Part shown: in pieces, positions 42,689 through 54,766 of the stretch | Position numbering within the stretch: the stretch's first letter is position 1 | Layout: every line of letters starts with the position of its first letter | Assembly: GCA_023428695.1 (NCBI GenBank) | Contig: JAEYWY010000028.1 | Span: 389,125-453,124, forward strand | DNA from: Bacteroidota bacterium | GTDB lineage: Bacteria; Bacteroidota; Bacteroidia; Cytophagales; Cyclobacteriaceae | DNA: 64,000 nt | Direction of reading: 5' to 3' | Made by a program: the position numbers and the translations under genes | Notes under the pieces: model-generated | What the model saw: only the letters and a program-made list of their open reading frames with translations | Told to the model about the DNA's origin: nothing | Databases searched by the model: none

Positions 42689-45373
42689 ATGAGGAAGACG
42701 TTACCAACGGTTGCGCTGTTCACGCTTGTTGTGCTACAATCAGTGGCCCAGCGTGTCCAGGACCTTCGTGTTCCCCAACTTCAGGCTCCAACACCAGTTG
42801 AGGTTGTATTACGCGGAATGGAAGCGCAGCACGGAATCCGCGTATTCCGTTTAAACGGATGGCTCGACAACTATTCCTTCTCGCCTCAGCAATCCGGCGC
42901 ACCGCTTCTCAATGCACTTGACGCTATCTTTCATGATACCGACATCTCATTTCTGGTTGAGTTCGAATACGCATTAGTCTTCCTAAAGGATCCTACCCTG
43001 CACCTGACACGCGATTCACTGATTCAAACGTTGACCCGGAAGAAAATAACGCCGATGGTAATAGGAAACACCAATACCGCAGGCGGGCATACCAATGTTC
43101 GTCTCGAAGGCCGGGTTATCGATGTTGCGGGGCAACCTCTTGCCAACGCTACAATAGTCGTCGACGGAGGAAAAATTAATATAGTTACAGATGCATCTGG
43201 TCGTTTTTTGCTTACGATGAAACGCGGCCCGCATATTATCGAGGTGCGGCACGTCAACTTTGATCCATCCTTATTCGATATCGACCTCCGGGGCGACGGT
43301 GAGCTGCAGGCAACGATGTATGAAGAAGCCCGCATGCTGGAAGAAGTTGAGATCACCGATAATCGTACGGGGTATGAAACAACGGGCGCCACCAAACTGG
43401 ATCTGTCAGATCTGAAGCGCGCACCGGTCTTTGTTGGTGAGGCTGATATCTTCAAACAAATCCAATTAAAAGCAGGCGTAACGACAACGGGAGAAATCGC
43501 TTCAGGATTTAACGTGCGCGGAGGATCAGTCGACCAAAATCTGGTTTTGTACGACGGTGTACCTATCCTCAATACGTCTCACGCGTTTGGTTTCTTCAGC
43601 AGCTTCAATGCTGATGCGGTAAGCGACGTGAATTTCTATCGCGGCGGTATTCCGGCAGAATATGGGGGGCGCGTGTCGTCAGTGCTTGATATCAGGTCAC
43701 GCAACGGCAACCCTGAACGCTGGAACGGCTCTGGCGGTATCGGGATTATTTCGAGCTTTCTTTCACTGAATGGCCCGATCCGACGGAATACTACAACAGC
43801 TGCGGTTTCATTCAGAACCTCCTACTCGAACTGGGTACTCGATAAGATTAAGACCGATTATCAAAACCTCAGCAAAACGTCTGTTGACTTTTTTGATGGT
43901 TCGGTTAAACTCAGCCATCGGTTCACGGACAAAAGCAATCTCACCTTTTCTGGTTATATCAGCCGTGACGCGTTCAGTCTTTCAAACGACACCTTGTACA
44001 TCACAGGAAATACAGCAGCTACGATCCAATACAACAGACAATTGAACACAAGCTTGTCGGCGTCGGCTACACTGTTCTTCGGAAGATTCGCCTATACGAT
44101 GAGTGAACCGGATGCCAGAACGTCGTTTGACCTCGATTACACGATTACATATCCAGGAATTAAGCTTGACTTCACAAAGGCAGGTGCACATCGCAGCCTG
44201 TTCGGACTACATGCAACGTATTATACAGTTCAACCTGGACAAATCACACCGGCATCAGCAGAGTCAGCTGTAGTCGATCGCAAAGCAGATCGCGAACAGG
44301 CGTTGGAGGTGGCTGGCTACTTCAGCAAGAACATTACGCTTACCACGAAGCTGAGTTTTGAACCAGGTTTGCGCGTTCCAGTCTTCTTTACTCTCGGACC
44401 TGGCAACGTATTCAAATATGCCAACGAAATTCCCGAGGCTACCGAAATTACGGATACGACATCATACGGTAACCTTGATGTGGAAAAAGTCTATGCCGGA
44501 ATCGAACCGAGGCTGACTGTAAACTATTCAATCGATAACATCTCATCATTTAAGGTTGGATATCATCGCGTAAACCAGTTCTTACACCTGATCAATAATA
44601 CGTCTGCAGTTACACCGATTGATATCTGGAAAACCAGCAACACATATTTTAAACCACAGATAGCTGATCAGTTGTCTGCCGGATATTACAGGACCCTTGG
44701 CAAAACAAAACAGTTCGACTCTTTTGTGGAAGTTTTTTATAAACGTGTGAAGAACGTACTCGATTTCCGCGACGGAGCGAGCCTGATCCTGAATCCCGCC
44801 CTTGAGGCAGCGTTGCTTCCGGGAACAGCAACTTCCTACGGAGTGGAAATGTCCATTGCGAAAATCAAGGGCCGTTTAACCGGCGATATCCAATACAGTT
44901 ACTCGCGAAGTTTCCGGCAATCGTACGCAACAGACCGCCAGATCGCAATCAATGGGGGACGTCGTTATCCTTCGAACTATGACCAGCCACATGTAGCAAC
45001 ACTTACGTGGCGATATGGGCTTAGCCGGCGCTATTTTGTATCAGGAACGTTCACGTATCACACAGGCCGGCCCATCTCGTTGCCCATCGCTAATTATGCG
45101 GTCCAGGATATTCCAATTTCAGGATTCTCCGACCGAAACCTTTTCAGGATGCCGGATTACCATCGATTGGATCTCGCATTTATTGTGGAAGGCAATCATC
45201 GTAAGAAGAAACTCTGGGACGGCACATGGATCTTATCCTTTTACAATGTTTATGGGCGTCTGAATCCCTACGCGGTCTTTTACCAGTACTCACCGCGTGG
45301 TTTCCTCGAACCGTACAAGCTTTCAATCATCGGTTCTGTTATCCCTTCACTTTCGTACAACTTCAAATTCTAG
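42689..45373 (+). CDS. TonB-dependent receptor (STN-like N-domain, carboxypeptidase-regulatory domain, plug, barrel) of the type that pairs with DUF4249
   Basis: Signal MRKTLPTVALFTLVVLQSVAQ. CarbopepD_reg block LEGRVIDVAGQPLANATIVV. Plug block GEADIFKQIQLKAGV...NVRGGSVDQNLVLYDGVPILNTSHAFGFFSSFN...GGIPAEYGGRVSSVLDI. C-terminal SLSYNFKF. Confidence 0.85.
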   Translation: MRKTLPTVALFTLVVLQSVAQRVQDLRVPQLQAPTPVEVVLRGMEAQHGIRVFRLNGWLDNYSFSPQQSGAPLLNALDAIFHDTDISFLVEFEYALVFLKDPTLHLTRDSLIQTLTRKKITPMVIGNTNTAGGHTNVRLEGRVIDVAGQPLANATIVVDGGKINIVTDASGRFLLTMKRGPHIIEVRHVNFDPSLFDIDLRGDGELQATMYEEARMLEEVEITDNRTGYETTGATKLDLSDLKRAPVFVGEADIFKQIQLKAGVTTTGEIASGFNVRGGSVDQNLVLYDGVPILNTSHAFGFFSSFNADAVSDVNFYRGGIPAEYGGRVSSVLDIRSRNGNPERWNGSGGIGIISSFLSLNGPIRRNTTTAAVSFRTSYSNWVLDKIKTDYQNLSKTSVDFFDGSVKLSHRFTDKSNLTFSGYISRDAFSLSNDTLYITGNTAATIQYNRQLNTSLSASATLFFGRFAYTMSEPDARTSFDLDYTITYPGIKLDFTKAGAHRSLFGLHATYYTVQPGQITPASAESAVVDRKADREQALEVAGYFSKNITLTTKLSFEPGLRVPVFFTLGPGNVFKYANEIPEATEITDTTSYGNLDVEKVYAGIEPRLTVNYSIDNISSFKVGYHRVNQFLHLINNTSAVTPIDIWKTSNTYFKPQIADQLSAGYYRTLGKTKQFDSFVEVFYKRVKNVLDFRDGASLILNPALEAALLPGTATSYGVEMSIAKIKGRLTGDIQYSYSRSFRQSYATDRQIAINGGRRYPSNYDQPHVATLTWRYGLSRRYFVSGTFTYHTGRPISLPIANYAVQDIPISGFSDRNLFRMPDYHRLDLAFIVEGNHRKKKLWDGTWILSFYNVYGRLNPYAVFYQYSPRGFLEPYKLSIIGSVIPSLSYNFKF

Positions 45374-45376
45374 CCA

Positions 45377-46525
45377 ATGCATAGTCATCGCGTATATGGC
45401 CTACTTCTTTTCCTGATTGTGTACGGTTGCGTGGAACCACTTGATGTACCCGATGATGTACGGCAACGATTGATCGTAGTCGATGGTCTTCTGACAAATG
45501 AGGATGGTCCCTACGTTGTTACATTGTACCATACAACGCCAGAAGCGAATGCGAATTTGAAAGACCCGATCTCAGGGGCAACCGTTTCGATTGAAGACGA
45601 TGCCGGCGTTGTGGTTAACCTCACAGAAAAGGTCCCCGGCAGGTATGAGACCGATCCCTCGGATATCAGCGGAGCGGAAGGCCGCTCATACAAACTAACA
45701 ATAACAATGGAAGATGGATTGGTACTTCAGTCCACGTGGGAAAAAATGTATCGCAACGGTGAGATCGCCAGTATCGATCTGCGCCACCTTCCGGGAATAT
45801 TAATTCCTGAGGACCCGGATCCTGCATATGACCCATTGACGTCGGACAAGGATGCATTTGACATCCACATTGACGCTAACGGCACTGCAGGTGAACCTAA
45901 TCTTTTTATGTGGCGCTGGAAAGGAACCTATTTCATTCACACATATCCTGAGGAAGTCGTACGGCCGACATCGCAAATACCAGGCTCAGATGAACCGGTT
46001 ATATTCATACCAAATCCTTTATCGTGCAGTGGGTTCATTGAAGAAGACTCGACATTGGTTCGTGTCGGTGACTGTTTTTGCTGCGACTGCTGGGTTACAG
46101 AGACGGACGCAACGATAAATTTGTCGTCGCCGGAGTTCACCTCGAATGCACGGGCAGTCGGTGTGAAGCTTACGCGAATACCGATAAACGGAATACGCTG
46201 GTATGAAAAATACCATATCGAAGTATCTCAGATGACATTGTCGCCGAACACCTACAGATTCTGGAACCTCGTCAGGGCGCAGCAGCGCTCCGCGAGCGAC
46301 ATCTTCCAGCCCAACGCCGTCCGAGTCACCGGAAATATCACCTGTGTGAGTGATCCTGATGTTGAGGTACTCGGTATTTTCGGAGCATCCTCTGTCGTGA
46401 GGAAGGGTCGTTTTGTTTTGCCATCCGACATACCCGTAAACGTTCCCCTGCAGGAAAGGCTCGCTGCCGATTGCAGGGCGCGTTTCATTCAAGCCACATC
46501 GACCAAACCTGAATGGTGGCAATGA
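45377..46525 (+). CDS. DUF4249-family lipoprotein
   Basis: Starts 3 nt after the receptor stop. Lipobox LIVYGC. Contains LIVVDGLLTNEDGPYVVTLYHT and PGRYETD...GRSYKLTITMEDG, typical of DUF4249 as I remember it. Confidence 0.7.
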   Translation: MHSHRVYGLLLFLIVYGCVEPLDVPDDVRQRLIVVDGLLTNEDGPYVVTLYHTTPEANANLKDPISGATVSIEDDAGVVVNLTEKVPGRYETDPSDISGAEGRSYKLTITMEDGLVLQSTWEKMYRNGEIASIDLRHLPGILIPEDPDPAYDPLTSDKDAFDIHIDANGTAGEPNLFMWRWKGTYFIHTYPEEVVRPTSQIPGSDEPVIFIPNPLSCSGFIEEDSTLVRVGDCFCCDCWVTETDATINLSSPEFTSNARAVGVKLTRIPINGIRWYEKYHIEVSQMTLSPNTYRFWNLVRAQQRSASDIFQPNAVRVTGNITCVSDPDVEVLGIFGASSVVRKGRFVLPSDIPVNVPLQERLAADCRARFIQATSTKPEWWQ

Positions 46526-48828
46526 GACGCACTATCGCATGCATATCGGTACTATTCCTGTCGGGGGCGTTTTTTGTACCTTCCTCACTGCTTGAAAGGA
46601 TCCAGGAAAAACTTGAGCAGCATTACCGGGCGAACCTGATCACCAAAACGCACCTTTTCTTTAACCAGCCTGCGTATATGCCAGGCGATACAATATTCTT
46701 TTCGGGTAACGTGGTTTTTGCAGAAGATTTGACGCGCGTCCCCGGGCATCATGTTCTCGACGTCAGACTCGTCGATTACGATGGTGAGCACGTAGTCTCA
46801 AATAAGTTTTCAGTTCATAATGGTAGTGCGTCCAGCTTTCTAGTCTTACCAAATTCGCTGACGCCAGGTATCTACACATTGGAATGTACCGCGTCCTGGC
46901 AACAACACACGCCATCATTCCGCGCTCACTATCTCATTCCTGTTGGCGGCAGTCTTGCTTTTCAGAATACTCGTCGCGAATGGAAAGCGCGGCCCGAAGG
47001 TGGTGTACTCGTGGCCGGCGTTATGAATCGCATAGGAGTCATCGGGCCTGCGAATAGCCATGCAGATATCATTACAAAGAACGGCGACATTGTGGGAACG
47101 GTCAACACCGGCCCCACAGGACTGGGCCTTTTTAACATCCTGCCTCATTCCGGCGAACACTACAGGCTTCGGATCGGGTCGACAAATGCTGATCTGCAGG
47201 AAGTGAGTCCCAAAGGGATTGCACTGCATTTTGCTCCTACTGGCAATAGCACCGGTGAAATACGGTTGCAGGGTTATCCTGTTACGGAGTTCAGTAACAA
47301 GAAAATTCTGCTTACGCTGATTCATCACAGCAGCGTCCACGGTTCAGCTGAAATATTATTATCTCCTGCAGCACAAGCCAAAGTCAATCTACCGTTAGAA
47401 AAACTCCCCGAAGGCATAATTGTAGCAACAATCTGGGATGAAAATGAAAATGTCCTTGCGGAACGCCTCTTTTTCAACCGTTCTGACGGAACTCCAACAA
47501 TCTCATCAACGAAATCCAAAGACAATTATCAACCACGCGAAAAAATCAATTATGATCTGCTGTTGCGGGATGCAAGTGCCGGGGGCACATTTTCCATCCG
47601 CGTTGTGAGCGCTGACCTATTTGGAACAGTCGATGGTCCCGGTCAATCAAGTGATCTTTTGTTTTGGCAGGACATCGGGTACGGGATGTTTTCGCGCGGC
47701 AATATCGATATAGGGTCGGTCCGCGACGCCGATTTATTGCTCCTCATGACGGCATGGATGCGATATGAATCCAAGTCAATACTCAAAAATTCGGTACAGC
47801 AACAAAACAAAGTCATTGGAGGACAGACGATTTCGGGCCACGTAGTCGGTTCATCCGAGGACTATGCCAATAAGGAGGTATGGGCGTTTCTGGAAGAAGA
47901 AGGCTTAGTGCTTTCCTCAGCATTGAATCCCGATGGTACTTTTGAAATCCCTCTCCCCTTCGAAATTTACGGAAAGGTCAGTATTTTTTATCAAGTGATC
48001 GAAAACGGTTCAACGAACACCGGCTTACAGATTGAACTTCATACAACCAATCCGGACAGACTTCCACGCTGCGAAGGCGTCTCCATTGAGTCGTCAGGAT
48101 TCCCATATCATGCCTTCAATTCGGAACTCAGTCAGATCAGTAAGGTGTACTCAACGTTTACCAGGAAGAACTCGGATTCATTCAATAGTCGCCCTGCTCT
48201 ACAGCTACCATCTCAACCAGATGCAATAATTGCCCTGGACGACTTCGAACGCTTCAACACACTGGAGGAAACCATCCGTGAGGTTCTTCCGATGATGCGC
48301 TACCGCAAGGTTCGAAACAAGAACGAAGTCCGCATCTGGCATGACGACGTTAACCGTATGGCCGAAGGACCGCCCCTGTTCGTAATTGATGGTCACACGA
48401 CCGGGGACGTTGATTACTTCATGCGTATTCCCGTTTCTGAAATAGAGACTGTAAGCATCTTCGCGTCGAAAGAAAGACTGGCGTCTTTTGGAGCACCGGG
48501 TAGAAATGGAATCGTGGTGGTCAAGACGTTTTCAAACTCGCATGGCAATGTTCCGGCATCGAACAGAATTGTATACACCGGACTTCAAAGGAGCGCCGCA
48601 TTTCACAATATATCTGACGCGGATGTCGCGAACCGAAACATTCCCCTATTCAAATCTTGTCTCTACTGGAATCCGCAGGTGCGTGTCGAAAAGAACACGC
48701 CATACAACCTGGCGTTTTTCGCACCCGATAACCCGGGAAGATTTTTGATTCAATTCGACGGCGTCACCGATGATGGGAGAACAGTCTCACATGCCGATGC
48801 CATTTACGTCCGGCATGAACCACATTGA
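46522..48828 (+). CDS. large exported protein with MG2/alpha-2-macroglobulin-like N-terminal domains and a plug-like C-terminal domain but no beta-barrel
   Basis: ATG at 46522 overlaps the DUF4249 stop (ATGA). Contains FFNQPAYMPGDTIFFSG, PEGGVLVAGVMNRIGV, LPEGIIVATIWDENENVLAERLFF. C-terminal PLFVIDGHTTGDVDYFMRIPVSEIETVSIF...GRNGIVVVKT. Confidence 0.6.
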   Translation: MRRTIACISVLFLSGAFFVPSSLLERIQEKLEQHYRANLITKTHLFFNQPAYMPGDTIFFSGNVVFAEDLTRVPGHHVLDVRLVDYDGEHVVSNKFSVHNGSASSFLVLPNSLTPGIYTLECTASWQQHTPSFRAHYLIPVGGSLAFQNTRREWKARPEGGVLVAGVMNRIGVIGPANSHADIITKNGDIVGTVNTGPTGLGLFNILPHSGEHYRLRIGSTNADLQEVSPKGIALHFAPTGNSTGEIRLQGYPVTEFSNKKILLTLIHHSSVHGSAEILLSPAAQAKVNLPLEKLPEGIIVATIWDENENVLAERLFFNRSDGTPTISSTKSKDNYQPREKINYDLLLRDASAGGTFSIRVVSADLFGTVDGPGQSSDLLFWQDIGYGMFSRGNIDIGSVRDADLLLLMTAWMRYESKSILKNSVQQQNKVIGGQTISGHVVGSSEDYANKEVWAFLEEEGLVLSSALNPDGTFEIPLPFEIYGKVSIFYQVIENGSTNTGLQIELHTTNPDRLPRCEGVSIESSGFPYHAFNSELSQISKVYSTFTRKNSDSFNSRPALQLPSQPDAIIALDDFERFNTLEETIREVLPMMRYRKVRNKNEVRIWHDDVNRMAEGPPLFVIDGHTTGDVDYFMRIPVSEIETVSIFASKERLASFGAPGRNGIVVVKTFSNSHGNVPASNRIVYTGLQRSAAFHNISDADVANRNIPLFKSCLYWNPQVRVEKNTPYNLAFFAPDNPGRFLIQFDGVTDDGRTVSHADAIYVRHEPH

Positions 48829-49015
48829 GTTGTGATTCAAAGTTCGACATCTAATCGTTTATGTCTGCGGTAACCCTACGATTCAGTGATCAGGTTATTC
48901 AAACTCAAATAAAAAACTCAAACCGCCGCCTGAACCTGGACTCAAATTAAACTACCGGCACGGTACAACTTTTTTCTGTTTGCTGAAGAATCAGTGAACA
49001 ACAAAACAACTCCAC

Positions 49016-49879
49016 ATGGAAAGACTCAAGAATAAGGTGGCGATCATAACAGGTGGTGCCACAGGAATTGGTGAGGCGATCAGTAAGCTGTTCGCCAACG
49101 AAGGAGCGTCTGTAATCATAAACGGATATCCCGAGGATCCGGTAAACGAAGTTGTAGATGAAATCAATGACGCAGGTGGAAAGGCGATTGCATTTGTAGC
49201 CGATATTTCCGATGAGCAAAACGCGCGGGCGTGCATAGAACAGGCAAAGAAGAGTTTCGGAAAACTCGACATCCTTATCAATAACGCCGGCGTATTCCCT
49301 GAAGTCAACGAACTTGACAAATATTCGGTCGAAGCATTTGAATACCTGCTTAAGAATAACATTCGTTCGGCGTTCATGATGACCAAATACGCGATACCGG
49401 AACTTCAGAAAACGAAAGGGTCAATCGTGTCTGCGGGATCGGAATCAGGAATGATTGGGCTTGCACGAAACACACCTTACGGCGGCACCAAGGGCTTCAT
49501 CCACGCATTCATGAAGGGCGTAGCTGTTGAACAGGCACAACACGGTGTTCGGGCCAATTGTGTTTGTCCTGGGCCTATCGACACCGCGTGGACTCACAAG
49601 GAGACAAGTCCAATGGAAAAAGCAGATGAAAAGACACTCGTTTCTGCGGTTCCGCTCGGACGTCGCGGCACTCCCGAAGAAGTTGCTTATGTGTATCTAT
49701 TCCTTGCTTCAGATGAGGCGTCGTACGTTACCGGTGCGCTTTATCCTGTCGACGGTGGAACCACGGTTGCCAAGGGACCCATTGGAAAACAAGCATCCGG
49801 GGACGTAACACGTGAGCCAAAAGGCAAACTGAAAACAGAACACGCCATGGAAGGCGCGACAGACATGAAGCGTGGTTAA
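49016..49879 (+). CDS. SDR-family oxidoreductase (FabG / glucose 1-dehydrogenase-like)
   Basis: AIITGGATGIGEA, NNAG, and the YGGTK form of the YxxxK motif. PGPIDT and an extended C-terminal tail. Confidence 0.85.
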   Translation: MERLKNKVAIITGGATGIGEAISKLFANEGASVIINGYPEDPVNEVVDEINDAGGKAIAFVADISDEQNARACIEQAKKSFGKLDILINNAGVFPEVNELDKYSVEAFEYLLKNNIRSAFMMTKYAIPELQKTKGSIVSAGSESGMIGLARNTPYGGTKGFIHAFMKGVAVEQAQHGVRANCVCPGPIDTAWTHKETSPMEKADEKTLVSAVPLGRRGTPEEVAYVYLFLASDEASYVTGALYPVDGGTTVAKGPIGKQASGDVTREPKGKLKTEHAMEGATDMKRG

Positions 49880-49892
49880 TCTGAGGAAATCC

Positions 49893-49915
49893 GGAGGGAC
49901 CTGAAATGGGTCCCT

Positions 49916-49917
<2 letters not shown>
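49893..49917. terminator. bidirectional hairpin between convergent SDR and GH97 genes
   Basis: Perfect 8-bp GC-rich stem gagggacc / ggtccctc with loop tgaaatg, followed by tatttctt. It overlaps the GH97 stop codon. Confidence 0.6.
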
Positions 49918-52195
<2,278 letters not shown>

Positions 52196-52210
52196 TTAAA
52201 CTCACGACAT

Positions 52211-53629
52211 CTATTTGCGAAATATCCGGTATGCATAAGGTTCGAGCTCAATGGTTTCATCAAGCGTAACCGGTTCACCGGACACAGCATCTTCCCATTC
52301 CATACGCAGTTCCACCGGTACCGCAAACGTACGCGCGCCGTTGCGGACATTCACTACTACAAGAACCTGATCGGAACCGGAAATACGAGTAAACGCGACC
52401 ACATCTGCAGTAGAATGGTTTTCCATTTCGCCACCACGTAATGCATCACTCGAATTCCGAACGGCCAGAAGGTTTTTGTACGTAGCCAGCACGCCGGGAT
52501 TCAACGACCAGTCAATTCTCGTACTCGTATTACTGAAGAAAGGAAGTTTCACCGGATACGCGACCTCCTGGCCGTTGTAAATCAACGGTACGCCACCCAT
52601 GTACACTGTGATTACAAATGCAGAGATGGAACCGTCAACGCCGCCAAAAATCGTTGTCGGAGTATCATCCCATGCGTTGTCATCGTGGTTCGTGATCCAA
52701 CGCAAAATGTGTTTACCCTGACCCACTGACGAGTAGTCAGTTGTATGTGCGTTGAATAATGTTGCCACGGCACCCTTCGCTTCATACAGGTCTTTTAGTT
52801 TCCCATAGAAGTTCCATCCAAAAATCAGATCGAACCCCGATGAAAACAATTCCTTCTTCCCGCCTTCGGCAAACATCACAAGTTTTCGATCCGGGATACT
52901 CCGCAGCGTATCGATCGCCTGTTTCCAGAAATCCGTTGGGACACCGTCCGCGTAGTCACAACGAAATCCATCGACATTAGCCTCAAGTACCCAATACTTC
53001 ATTGCGCTGATCATCTCCTTACGCATTGCAAGGCTTCCAAAGTTCAAATCGGCTACATCGGTCCAGTTTGTGCCTTCCGGCTGAACGATATTCCCGGAAT
53101 CATCACGTGTGTACCATGAAACGTTTTGTATCCACTTGTGATCCCACGAGGTGTGATTCGCAACCCAGTCGAGAATCACAGCCATGTCGCGGTCATGAGC
53201 TTCGCTTACCAACTCACGCAAATCTTCCAACGTCCCAAATTCCGGATTCACCTTTTTGTAATCCTTAATAGCATACGGTGAGCCAACACTCTTTAATACT
53301 CCGGGTTCATAAATCGGCATGAGCCAGATCACATTAATACCGAGATCCTTGATTTCATCCAACCGTGCCGTGACGCCGTCGAGGTCACCATCTTCGCTGA
53401 ACACGCGAATATTGACTTCATACATGTTAATATCCCTGGTATCCGGAACATTGGTGAATGGCTCACCGTATTGTTTCGGGTGTTCCTCTTCAACAGGTTT
53501 GGGCGTAGGTGTGACCGGCTCGTCCTTATTACAACCAAAGGCCGAAAGGATCAGCAGGCTGAGCAACAGTATTGAAACCAGTCTTCGCACAAAATTCGTC
53601 AGCCAATTTTCCATAACCATCATTTTCAT
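52211..53629 (-). CDS. GH13 alpha-amylase-family lipoprotein
   Basis: The track ORF starts at a TTG (53674); the first ATG cluster is at 53614-53629. Lipobox LSAFGC. GH13 regions: VILDWVANHTS, VDGFRCDYADGV, VMFAEG, WITNHDD. Confidence 0.9.
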   Translation of the reverse strand: MKMMVMENWLTNFVRRLVSILLLSLLILSAFGCNKDEPVTPTPKPVEEEHPKQYGEPFTNVPDTRDINMYEVNIRVFSEDGDLDGVTARLDEIKDLGINVIWLMPIYEPGVLKSVGSPYAIKDYKKVNPEFGTLEDLRELVSEAHDRDMAVILDWVANHTSWDHKWIQNVSWYTRDDSGNIVQPEGTNWTDVADLNFGSLAMRKEMISAMKYWVLEANVDGFRCDYADGVPTDFWKQAIDTLRSIPDRKLVMFAEGGKKELFSSGFDLIFGWNFYGKLKDLYEAKGAVATLFNAHTTDYSSVGQGKHILRWITNHDDNAWDDTPTTIFGGVDGSISAFVITVYMGGVPLIYNGQEVAYPVKLPFFSNTSTRIDWSLNPGVLATYKNLLAVRNSSDALRGGEMENHSTADVVAFTRISGSDQVLVVVNVRNGARTFAVPVELRMEWEDAVSGEPVTLDETIELEPYAYRIFRK

Positions 53630-53675
53630 TTTCTGTTCTTCTTTGGAAGGACGACCACTCGTCCAATCGTTCAAA

Positions 53676-54755
53676 TTAGTTCTTCTCTATCGTGTACTGG
53701 TAGTTACCAGGTTCGCTAAGGTCCAGTGTGATCGTGTAGTTTCCATCTGACGGTACAGTGAAATGGGGTTGCTCAACATACGCTTTCCACGGGTGGTTAG
53801 CATAACCCAATTTACCACTTTCATCCTTTCCAAAGTCAAGCTGCCACGCATTGTTCGCACGGAACTTGAATGAACCATCTGCCTTCATGTCAGCGGTAAC
53901 ACTCCATTTTTGGGTTGCCGGATTATAGACCAGAGGCGTGTCTGCATCCCATCCGCCTGGCGTAGCACCACCGATTATGCCCCAGTCTGTTTTTATAAGC
54001 AGGTACTTCATCGTATTCAGGTTCACACTGAAAAGATAATAACCATCCGAAGGCGCGGCAAAATTCCCTCCGGCATAATTCGCAACGATAACGTTATCAT
54101 CGCCACCATTACCATATGACGTTGGTTCCCAGTTCGGCTGTGCGTAGAGTTTAAACTCGTTCGTTCCACCAGGAGGCAGGTAAATATAGGCTTCGTAGAT
54201 ACCGTCATCATTAACGGATACCATAGTGGCCGCGGCACCGATATTCCATCCCTGGAAATCTCCAGCTATCCACAACGTCGGATATCCGCTGAATACCTTC
54301 AGGGGCGTAACGTTTATTGCAAGAGCCTTCGAAAACGCAGGACGGTCAAGATACGACCTTATCCTCACCGCGATATTGTGTTTTTCACCTGGTTCGAGTC
54401 CCAGTTCGGCGGCAACTTCATTTAATTCCTGACCGGAAATTTGTGCGGTCAGTACATCCTCGCCAACTTCTTTTTCAACAGTGTTTTTCCAACCGTCCAA
54501 TGTATCCTGTGGGTTTGCAAACTCAAGCGAATATGTAACAGCTGCGTTAACAGGATACTGAACCGCGCCCCAGGAAAACGTAACCAACTTGTCTTCGAGA
54601 TTCTCTTCGGTCACAACGATGTCAGTCACACTGGACGTCGGTGTTGAGGTAAAGTCTACTTTTTCAAGTACTGTAAGCGTTGGATCGTCCTCGCATGCGA
54701 CAGCAACGAATACCATAAGCGCCAGTACCAACAGATTTCGATAATTTTTTTTCAT
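53676..54755 (-). CDS. SusE/SusF-like outer-membrane starch-binding lipoprotein
   Basis: Lipobox VAVAC. SusE N-domain (VTFSWGAVQYPVNAAVTYSLEF) followed by CBM-like domains (LWIAGDFQGWN, FKFRANNAWQLDFG). Confidence 0.75.
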   Translation of the reverse strand: MKKNYRNLLVLALMVFVAVACEDDPTLTVLEKVDFTSTPTSSVTDIVVTEENLEDKLVTFSWGAVQYPVNAAVTYSLEFANPQDTLDGWKNTVEKEVGEDVLTAQISGQELNEVAAELGLEPGEKHNIAVRIRSYLDRPAFSKALAINVTPLKVFSGYPTLWIAGDFQGWNIGAAATMVSVNDDGIYEAYIYLPPGGTNEFKLYAQPNWEPTSYGNGGDDNVIVANYAGGNFAAPSDGYYLFSVNLNTMKYLLIKTDWGIIGGATPGGWDADTPLVYNPATQKWSVTADMKADGSFKFRANNAWQLDFGKDESGKLGYANHPWKAYVEQPHFTVPSDGNYTITLDLSEPGNYQYTIEKN

Positions 54756-54766
54756 ACGTTGTCAGA

